Below are positions 38,995-46,460 of a DNA stretch of 46,460 bases, piece by piece. Both the position numbers and the translations under genes were made by a program. Under the pieces are notes generated by a model. That model was given only the letters and a program-made list of their open reading frames with translations. It did not search any database and had not been told where the DNA came from. Every line of letters begins with the position of its first letter. Within the stretch, counting starts at the first letter, position 1. The DNA is from Thermodesulfobacteriota bacterium (GTDB lineage: Bacteria > Desulfobacterota > Desulfobulbia > Desulfobulbales > SURF-16). The stretch lies in contig JBFMAY010000032.1 in the NCBI GenBank assembly GCA_040755455.1, positions 1-46,460 of the forward strand, read 5' to 3'.

Positions 38995-41646
38995 TTATTC
39001 ACCTCCGTAGTGATTGAAGAACCACGTCTTCACATAATGAGTCAGGACCGAGTAGCACAGCAGAAAAGCGGTAATCCACAGCCAGTACACAGGTGGGAGG
39101 GACACCATGCCCAGCTCTTCCGCGAATGGCGAATACGGCAGCCACACGGCGGCGGCCATGATAACGAGCGTGGTCATCGTCATGTGCAGGGAGGCATGGC
39201 TGCCGAAAAAAGGAATACGCTTTGTCCTGATGATATGCACAATCAAGGTCTGGGTCAGAAGGGATTCCACAAACCATCCGGTCTGAAAGAGCCGGGCCAG
39301 GCCCTCCTTGGATGCCTCCGCCACCGTGGGGTTGCTGAAGGCGCTGCACCCGAAGAAATACCACATCAGGCCATAGGTGGCGTAGTCGAAAATAGAACTG
39401 ACCGGCCCGATAAACATCATGAACCGCTTGATATTGGTGATGTCCCATTTCAGAGGTTTAGCTACCAGCTCTTCGTCCACGTTGTCGGTGGGGATACCGG
39501 TTTGCGAAAAATCATAAAGCAGGTTATTGACCAGGATCTGCACCGGCTGCATCGGTAGGAATGGAAACAGATAACTCGCACCGACCACGCTGAACATATT
39601 TCCAAAGTTGGAGCTCGCTCCCATCCGGATGTATTTAATAATATTTGCGAAGACTCGCCTCCCCTCGATGATCCCCTCTTCGAGCACCAACAGACTCTTT
39701 TCCAGAAGAACGATATCCGCAGCTTCCTTGGCAACATCGACCGCGGAATCCACGGAGATGCCGACGTCAGCAGCTTTGAGAGCTGGCGCATCATTGATAC
39801 CGTCACCCATGAAACCCACCACATGGCCATTGCCGCGCAGTTGCCGCACAATCTTTTCCTTCTGCGCAGGACTGAGCTTGACGAAAACATCCACCTCTTC
39901 AACCACTCTTTTGAAGTCGAGGTCGGACAGCGAAGCCAGCTCTACGCCCGCCATAATCCTCTTGACCATGAAGTTTACGTCATGGCAGACCTTCCGGGTG
40001 ACCAAGGCGTTGTCCCCGGTCAGAACTTTTACCTGAACGCCGACGTCTCGCAGCTGTTTTATAGCCTCCAAGGCCGAGACCTTCGGGGGGTCATAGAAAG
40101 CGATATAGCCCAGCAAAATCAATTCACTTTCATCAACAGTGGTAAATGCGGTCTTTTCACGGGAAAAATCCCGATAGGCAACACCCAGAACCCGAAATCC
40201 GTCCTTGTTGAGGTTATCGACTTCCTCGAAAAGGTTATCGCGAATCATGGGGATAAGAGGGAAAACCTCATCCCCAATCTGGTAGTGACTGCAACATTCG
40301 TAAATCTCCTCGACTGCACCCTTGCAGATCAGGACGTGGTCACCCTCGTAGTTCACCACCACCGACATGCGGCGACGTTGAAAATCAAAAGGTAACTCAT
40401 CCACCAGACTGCAGTTGGTTTCAGCATCCAGCACCGCGTGATCGAGCACGGCGCGGTCGATCAGGTTACGCAAGCCTGTTTGGTAGTAGCTGTTCAGGTA
40501 GGCATAAGTCAGAACATCTTCGCTGGTGCGCCCGGTGATGTCCAGATGTTGTTCGAGAACAACCCGGTCCTGAGTGAGAGTGCCTGTTTTATCCGTGCAT
40601 AGGATATCAATGGCGCCGAGGTTCTGGATTGAGGGAAGGCGTTTGACAATAACCTTCTTCTTGGCCATGGTCAGTGCCCCCTTGGCCAAGTTTACGGTGA
40701 CGATCATCGGCAGCATTTCCGGAGTGAGCCCCACAGCGATGGACAGGCTGAAGAGCAGGGCCTCAACCCAATTCCCCTTGGTCAATCCGACAATGAAAAA
40801 TACGACACAGACCATGACCACCATGAATCTGATCATGAGCCAGGTGAAAGAACGGACGCCACGATCAAAACTGGTTTCCTCACGCCGATCGGCAAGGCGT
40901 TCCGAGATTGCCCCGAAGACAGTCCGAGTCCCGGTATTAACCACCAATCCACGGGCTGTGCCACTGGTGACATTACTGCCCAAAAAACAGGCGTTGACCT
41001 GTTCAGTAACGTTTTGGGTGCGGGACGTTCCCACCGAGGCAACCTTTTCCACGGCCATGGATTCTCCGGTAAGGGCCGACTCACTCACAAAAAAATCCTT
41101 GACCGAGAGCAACCGCAGATCCGCCGGTACGATAGAGCCGGCCTGTAGCAGAACGATGTCCCCTGGAACGATTTCGGAGATTGTGACCTCGGTTTCCTGG
41201 TCATTGCGGAGCACGATACTGCGGGATTGCACACGCTTGCCTAAGGTATCCACGGCGCGGTTGGACCGGCGGTCCAGAATGTATGACAGGCCGATACTCA
41301 AAATGATCATGGCGCTGACGATAAACGTCGACTTGAGTTCGCCGATCGCCCCCGCTATGCCAGCGATCAGGAACAATTGGACGTTCAGGGGGTTGCGCAA
41401 GCGACGGAAGATATCCGCCCAGAATCCCAGGCGCTCGGCGTGGGCCAGCTCATTCAGGCCATATTCATCCAGACGGCGGGCGGCCTCTTCCGCATCAAGT
41501 CCATGGGCAGTAACTCCGAGTCGTGCGAGCGCTTCGTGCTGGAGCAGTTCACAGATCTCGATGAAAGCACGCTCGTCGCGATTAGCAGACCGCATATCTT
41601 TACTGAGGGGTTTTGGCGCCCCATTGATAAAAGCAGGAATTTTCAT
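38995..41646 (-). CDS. mgtA: Magnesium-translocating P-type ATPase
   Basis: LTGES, GLTPEMLPMIV, CTDKTGTLT, PFDFQRRRMS, GDGINDA, SSNFGN, NLLYD, QTGWFVES. Confidence 0.95.
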   Translation of the reverse strand: MKIPAFINGAPKPLSKDMRSANRDERAFIEICELLQHEALARLGVTAHGLDAEEAARRLDEYGLNELAHAERLGFWADIFRRLRNPLNVQLFLIAGIAGAIGELKSTFIVSAMIILSIGLSYILDRRSNRAVDTLGKRVQSRSIVLRNDQETEVTISEIVPGDIVLLQAGSIVPADLRLLSVKDFFVSESALTGESMAVEKVASVGTSRTQNVTEQVNACFLGSNVTSGTARGLVVNTGTRTVFGAISERLADRREETSFDRGVRSFTWLMIRFMVVMVCVVFFIVGLTKGNWVEALLFSLSIAVGLTPEMLPMIVTVNLAKGALTMAKKKVIVKRLPSIQNLGAIDILCTDKTGTLTQDRVVLEQHLDITGRTSEDVLTYAYLNSYYQTGLRNLIDRAVLDHAVLDAETNCSLVDELPFDFQRRRMSVVVNYEGDHVLICKGAVEEIYECCSHYQIGDEVFPLIPMIRDNLFEEVDNLNKDGFRVLGVAYRDFSREKTAFTTVDESELILLGYIAFYDPPKVSALEAIKQLRDVGVQVKVLTGDNALVTRKVCHDVNFMVKRIMAGVELASLSDLDFKRVVEEVDVFVKLSPAQKEKIVRQLRGNGHVVGFMGDGINDAPALKAADVGISVDSAVDVAKEAADIVLLEKSLLVLEEGIIEGRRVFANIIKYIRMGASSNFGNMFSVVGASYLFPFLPMQPVQILVNNLLYDFSQTGIPTDNVDEELVAKPLKWDITNIKRFMMFIGPVSSIFDYATYGLMWYFFGCSAFSNPTVAEASKEGLARLFQTGWFVESLLTQTLIVHIIRTKRIPFFGSHASLHMTMTTLVIMAAAVWLPYSPFAEELGMVSLPPVYWLWITAFLLCYSVLTHYVKTWFFNHYGGE

Positions 41647-41671
41647 GATTCACCTCCTGTAAAGCCGCAAG

Positions 41672-41699
41672 AAAAAAAGACAGCTGAAGGCGAACCGTC
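41672..41699 (-). terminator. Candidate attenuator hairpin in the mgtA leader
   Basis: Minus strand GACGGTT-cgccttc-AGCTGTC followed by T7, just upstream of the mgtA SD. The stem includes two G-U pairs. Confidence 0.55.
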
Positions 41700-41728
41700 G
41701 ATCAGAGATCAGAGGAGGGAACGACTCG

Positions 41729-41833
41729 TCAAAACAGCCACACAAACAAACACCACGAGCCAGGGTCTTCGTCTTCGTTCTGATTTAAGGTTTGGGTCAC
41801 AGTCAGGCTACTACTTCCATCATGGCTACTCAT
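41729..41833 (-). CDS. Candidate 34-aa mgtA leader peptide (MSSHDGSSSLTVTQTLNQNEDEDPGSWCLFVWLF)
   Basis: GGAGG SD 5 nt before the ATG; the ORF ends 82 nt before the mgtA start. It is below the ORF-track length cutoff. Confidence 0.6.
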   Translation of the reverse strand: MSSHDGSSSLTVTQTLNQNEDEDPGSWCLFVWLF

Positions 41834-42263
41834 ATATTCCTCCGAAATAATTGGATATCAAACAGGGTCAACAACCATATAATTTACAATGGAATTCCTT
41901 ACTCTTTTATATGAAATCTTTCAATCACAAAATCTACAATACAGAGAATCTACATATAAAATCCAGCATTCGAACGTCGTCATATTTCCATACTATGGTC
42001 ATCTATGAATGTTCACAACACGCGTTGACCTCTATCATCGGTTATTTTTTGGAGATGGGGCATGAGGTGAATATTTTATCCCCGCTGCTTGCGCTCCCCC
42101 ATCGCATTTGGTTAACGATTTACGTATCCCAAAATTCGCACTGCGATGACTTCCGGCTGATATCAATATCGCGCCTGAAAATAAAACTTAAAAAAATTAC
42201 CATTTCATTGTATTTTCATCGCAAATACCGGTTAAAATGACACCCGCACAAGGAGAAGAACAC

Positions 42264-43055
42264 ATGTCAGATCAATTCAGAGACAAAGCTTTACCTTTAA
42301 ACCAGGAAGGCGTGGCCGAGGTTGTCGATCGCCTGCAGGTCACGGTTGCAGAGTTGTGGGCAGTACTCAATGTCGAGACGCGCGGCTGCGGCTTTCTGGC
42401 CGACCGGCGCCCGATGATTCTCTTTGAACGCCATATTTTCAGCCGCGAAACGGACCATAAATTCGACACATCCCATCCCGACATCAGCAACCGCAAGGCC
42501 GGCGGCTACGGGGCCGGTGGCGCCGCCCAGTATGAACGCCTGCACCGCGCCCTGGCTCTGGACCGCAGAGCCGCCCTGCGCAGCGCATCCTGGGGTATCG
42601 GACAGCTCATGGGGTTTAACGCGGAAATTGCCGGCTATGCGGGGGTGGAGGAAATGGTGACTGCCATGACGATCTCGGAAAATCACCAGTTACTCGGCAT
42701 GGCGGGCGAGATCACCAGCAACAGGCTTGACCGCGCCCTGCGCGCCCATGACTGGGCCGCCTTCGCCCGGGGTTACAACGGTCCTGCATATGCAAAAAAC
42801 AGCTATGATACGCGGCTTGCAGCCGCCTACCAGAAATACACCATGGGGCCGCTGCCGGATCTCGTTGTCCGCGCCGGCCAGATCTATCTCATGTATCTCG
42901 GCTATCACCCGGGGTCCGTTGATGGCGTGTCAGGTCGCTTTACCCGCTCGGCCATGAACGAATTCCAGGAACAGCATGGCCTGCCGGTCACCAGTGAGAT
43001 TAACGAAGAACAGCTCGAGATGCTCAAGCTGGAAGTTGAAAAACTCCCCGCCTGA
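42264..43055 (+). CDS. N-acetylmuramidase (DUF3380-like) with a C-terminal peptidoglycan-binding domain
   Basis: VETRG.GF, ILFERHIF, SASWGIGQLMGFN, WAAFARGYNG; C-terminal LGY.PG.VDG..G..TRSA..EFQ; AGGAG SD. Confidence 0.88.
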   Translation: MSDQFRDKALPLNQEGVAEVVDRLQVTVAELWAVLNVETRGCGFLADRRPMILFERHIFSRETDHKFDTSHPDISNRKAGGYGAGGAAQYERLHRALALDRRAALRSASWGIGQLMGFNAEIAGYAGVEEMVTAMTISENHQLLGMAGEITSNRLDRALRAHDWAAFARGYNGPAYAKNSYDTRLAAAYQKYTMGPLPDLVVRAGQIYLMYLGYHPGSVDGVSGRFTRSAMNEFQEQHGLPVTSEINEEQLEMLKLEVEKLPA

Positions 43056-43142
43056 CGGCGGCAGACAAGACGAAACTTTCCCGGCTTATCCGACAACGGG
43101 GCAATACAACCGTTTTCGACATAGGCAAACGTGCTGAGCGCA

Positions 43143-45761
43143 ATGAATATACTGCAAAGTTTTTTAAAAAAATTCTTTCCTTCACAAATCTTAAGATCGC
43201 AACAGGACATAACGGAACTCCAGACCGCATTCAAAAGGCAATACCGCAACTTCCGTTCATTACTGACCGCCAACAATAATGCCCTTGAGATCATGGCCGA
43301 GATGGAACAGGCGCTGGCCATGGGCCAGCCGTTCAGCATGTCCTTTGTCCGGGGCCGCATAACCGCCTTGACGACCAATGTGTATAAAATGACCCAATTT
43401 CTCACACAGTTGTCTGACGGCAAATATTCCGGTCTTGCCACGGTTTTTAATGATCTTACCAGCCGGCTCGAAAATATTCTGATGCGGCAGCCTGCTGTTC
43501 CCGAGGGGAAATTTATCATGCCCCTGTCTGAAATTGACAGAAACTCAGCCGACCTGACGGGTGAGAAAATGGCCAACCTCGGGGAGGTGCTCAATCATGC
43601 CAAACTAAAGGTGCCGGACGGCTTTGCCATTACATCGTCCGCGTCCCAGCATTTTATTGCGGCCAACAATCTGGAGGAGGAGATAAACCGCCGGCTGCAG
43701 ACCATGCTCCCTGACAACCTCGAATCCGTTTATTCGACAAGCGCCGGCATCCAGCAGCTTATCAGCCGCTCCCCCCTGCCTGCCGACATTGAGGAGGCAA
43801 TCATGGCCGAATATGCGCAACTTGAGGCAAGGCAGGGCGATAACGTCCTGGTGTCCATCCGTTCCAGCGCCACGGGCGAGGACACCAGAAACTCCTCCTT
43901 TGCCGGCCAATACCGCACCCAGCTCAATGTTGACAAAGAGTTTCTGCTGCAGACCTATAAGGAAATCGTGGCAAGCAAGTACCGCAGCCAGGCCATTATT
44001 TACCGGCTGCAGCGCGGCTACCGCAATCAGGATATAGCCATGTGCGTGGGCTGCCTGGCCATGGTGGATGCCGTGGTCAGCGGGGTGACCTATTCACGTT
44101 CGCCGGAGAACCCGCGCAGTCAATGGGTGGTGATACATGCCGCACCCGGCTTGGCGGCGCAGGTGGTGGACGGCAGCGCCCCGACCAACATGTACCGCGT
44201 GACAAGAGAGGAGCCCCATAAGGTCCTTGACAGAAAACTCTCCTACCCCGACACAACCCAATCCTTAGCCGGGGAAAAGGCATTTTCTCTTTCCAGCGAC
44301 CAGATCAATGAGCTGACACGCATCGCCCTGCGGCTGGAAAAGCATTTCGGCTCACCCCAGGATATTGAATGGTCAATCGACCGAAGCGGTGCCATCATTA
44401 TTCTGCAAAGCCGTCCGCTTGGTCTGCTTACTCTGGAGCAGCGGGACCCTGAACTGGACAAAACCGGGGATGAAGAAAGTACGCCATTCCTTATGTCAGG
44501 TGGCGCAACGGTCAGTTCCGGGGCAGCCTGTGGACCTGTGCACATCGTCCTCTCCAATCTTGACTTACTGCAGTTTCCCGCAGGTGCGGTGCTGGTTGTC
44601 GCCCATCCCTTTCCCGAGTGGGCTACCCTGTTAAACCGCGCCGTCGCCGTGGTGAGCGAAACAGGGCAGGTGGCCGCCCACCTCGCCACCGTGGCCAGGG
44701 AGTTTAAATTGCCCGCAATTTTCGGCATGGACAAGGCGACCGAGGTGCTGAAAAATGGTGACATGATCACCGTTGATGCGGTCGGTCGCCGCATTTACAG
44801 CGGTCGGCAGGAAACAATCCTCGCCCAGGCTGCCGCCCCCTCCGCCAATCTGATGGAAAACAGCCCGGTGTACCGACTGCTGCAAGATGCGCTTACCCTG
44901 ATAACACCTCTCAGCCTTACCGATCCGGCCTCCCCCTTTTTTACAGCCGCATCCTGTAAAACTTTTCATGACATAACCCGTTTCTGCCATGAAAAGGCCA
45001 TCACAGAAATGTTTCAGTTCGGATCACGCCACAGCTTTAATGAAAAAGCAGCCAAGCAGATAGTCGGGGAGACCCCTTCTCAATGGTGGATAATCGACCT
45101 GGAGGGGGGGTTCCGTGAGGGACTCGACAGTAAAAACAAATTCATTCACATTGACGATATCGTGTCCACCCCCATGCGGGCCATCTGGCACGGCATTAAT
45201 GCCATACCCTGGCAGGGGCCGCCGCCGGTGAGCTTCAAAGGCTTTGGCTCCATCATTTTCCAGTCGACCATGAATCCCAATCTCGACCCTGCGGTGCGCT
45301 CCACATTGACTGCCAAAAACTATTTCCTTGTGTCGAAAAACTTTTGCAATTTAAGTGTCCGCCTGGGCTATCATTTTGCCCTTGTGGAAACATATCTGAG
45401 CAACCTTTTGACCGAAAGCTATGTCAGTTTTCAGTTCAAGGGCGGCGCCGCGGATGAGACCAGGAGAATGATACGGATTGCCCTGCTCAAGGAGATCCTG
45501 GAGCGTTTCGATTTCCGGGTGGATTTGAAAGGAGATGCCCTGACCGCCAGGATCGAGAAAAAACCAACCCCGTTTTTGCTTGACCGTTTACGAGTTCTTG
45601 GCTATCTGCTTATGCATACGCGGCAGATCGATATGGTCATGGGAGACCAGGGCATGCTGCAACGTTATCGGCAAAAAATACTGACAGATATCGACATGCT
45701 GCTGAAAATGGAAAACAAGCAGGATGACAAAGGAGCGATAACAAATGGTGGAAAAGTATAA
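43143..45761 (+). CDS. PEP/pyruvate-binding (PEP synthase/PPDK N-terminal) + PEP-utilising mobile-domain protein
   Basis: GEKMANLGE, IRSSA..ED, SFAGQY, PQDIEW, LQSRP and phospho-His motif AAHLATVARE. Confidence 0.85.
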   Translation: MNILQSFLKKFFPSQILRSQQDITELQTAFKRQYRNFRSLLTANNNALEIMAEMEQALAMGQPFSMSFVRGRITALTTNVYKMTQFLTQLSDGKYSGLATVFNDLTSRLENILMRQPAVPEGKFIMPLSEIDRNSADLTGEKMANLGEVLNHAKLKVPDGFAITSSASQHFIAANNLEEEINRRLQTMLPDNLESVYSTSAGIQQLISRSPLPADIEEAIMAEYAQLEARQGDNVLVSIRSSATGEDTRNSSFAGQYRTQLNVDKEFLLQTYKEIVASKYRSQAIIYRLQRGYRNQDIAMCVGCLAMVDAVVSGVTYSRSPENPRSQWVVIHAAPGLAAQVVDGSAPTNMYRVTREEPHKVLDRKLSYPDTTQSLAGEKAFSLSSDQINELTRIALRLEKHFGSPQDIEWSIDRSGAIIILQSRPLGLLTLEQRDPELDKTGDEESTPFLMSGGATVSSGAACGPVHIVLSNLDLLQFPAGAVLVVAHPFPEWATLLNRAVAVVSETGQVAAHLATVAREFKLPAIFGMDKATEVLKNGDMITVDAVGRRIYSGRQETILAQAAAPSANLMENSPVYRLLQDALTLITPLSLTDPASPFFTAASCKTFHDITRFCHEKAITEMFQFGSRHSFNEKAAKQIVGETPSQWWIIDLEGGFREGLDSKNKFIHIDDIVSTPMRAIWHGINAIPWQGPPPVSFKGFGSIIFQSTMNPNLDPAVRSTLTAKNYFLVSKNFCNLSVRLGYHFALVETYLSNLLTESYVSFQFKGGAADETRRMIRIALLKEILERFDFRVDLKGDALTARIEKKPTPFLLDRLRVLGYLLMHTRQIDMVMGDQGMLQRYRQKILTDIDMLLKMENKQDDKGAITNGGKV

Positions 45762-46134
45762 AATATTACTTGTGGACGATGAGGCTGACTTTCTGAAAAT
45801 AAACTGCAAGAGGCTCATGCGGCGCGGCTATTCCGTGGAAACCGCCACGAGTTGCGCTGAGGCAATCAGCAAACTTGAGACAGGATGGCCGACTGTGGTG
45901 ATCCTTGATGTCATGCTGCCTGACATGGACGGCATAGCATGCCTAAAAAAAATCAAGGAGAAATGGCCGGCCATGACGGTGCTGATGCTCACGGGGCACG
46001 CCTCGATGCAGGCCGGGCTCATGGGAATTGCCCATGGCGCCGCGGATTACTGCATGAAACCCATTGAACTGGACGAATTGATCGAAAAAATTCACATAGC
46101 CCATGACGAGACTTCGAGTTTGCATGGGCTGTGA
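45745..46134 (+). CDS. Stand-alone response regulator receiver
   Basis: LLVDDE, ILDVMLPDMDG, LTGH and KP motifs. Confidence 0.9.
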   Translation: MVEKYKILLVDDEADFLKINCKRLMRRGYSVETATSCAEAISKLETGWPTVVILDVMLPDMDGIACLKKIKEKWPAMTVLMLTGHASMQAGLMGIAHGAADYCMKPIELDELIEKIHIAHDETSSLHGL

Positions 46135-46300
46135 GGTTGACCGGCAAAACAATATCGCAATTTGCCGGGTCGCGACAACCCCTGAAATATTTTTCATACA
46201 CCCCAGCCAGCTTCAGAGAATCCAGGAGGCGGAATAAAACCTAACAAAACCCACCGGTCCAGCTTCTGATTTCAGCATGCCGGCGGCAATAATCCGCAAT

Positions 46301-46326
46301 AAAAAAGGGGCGCCCGCGGGCGCCCC
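46301..46326 (-). terminator. Intrinsic terminator for the incoming minus-strand gene
   Basis: GC-rich palindrome GGGGCGCCC-gc-GGGCGCCCC followed by T6 on the minus strand. Confidence 0.8.
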
Positions 46327-46377
46327 AGAGAGCAAGAGACGTTATCAGGAATTACCTGACAACCTGTTAAATCCGGA

Positions 46378-46460
46378 TTAATGTTCGAGTTTCAGACCCC
46401 AGCCCTCGAACATGAAAAGAATGGCGAAACCGAACCATAAGGTATAAATGACGTAACCCA
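46378..46460 (-). CDS. 3' end of a membrane protein, truncated by the window edge
   Basis: Open frame ...GYVIYTLWFGFAILFMFEGWGLKLEH-stop; hydrophobic and followed by a terminator. Confidence 0.6.
   Translation of the reverse strand, partial: GYVIYTLWFGFAILFMFEGWGLKLEH

Noticed and set aside
41650..41850. M-box (ykoK) riboswitch before mgtA
   Set aside because: No recognisable M-box conserved segments; a leader ORF explains the region better.

Overview
A GC-rich chromosomal window whose gene content resembles a sulfate-reducing or sulfur-cycling deltaproteobacterium (Desulfobacterota; inferred, not proven). Left to right it holds: a CIRCE operator; a three-gene split glutamate synthase; a stressosome-like rsbR/rsbS/rsbT-phosphatase/pseudokinase operon; an hdrD-like-hdrA-flxDCBA operon; a small AT-rich island of mobile-element debris; a second operon (maturation protease, HTH-fused hdrD-like gene, hdrA, mvhD, mvhG, mvhA); a 359-bp direct duplication bracketing a nine-haem cytochrome c; a partly degenerate signalling cluster; mgtA with a candidate leader-peptide attenuator; an orphan muramidase; and a PEP-utilising enzyme with a receiver protein. 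The main hidden signal is that five genes the ORF track shows as split or truncated are intact selenoprotein genes. Each has an in-frame TGA at a conserved Cys position followed by a SECIS-like hairpin, and in four of the five the pentaloop starts exactly 22 nt after the TGA. The result is a Sec-rich Hdr-Mvh [NiFeSe] operon next to an Hdr-Flx operon that uses Cys in HdrA and FlxD. All product calls rest on motif recognition; no database searches were run.
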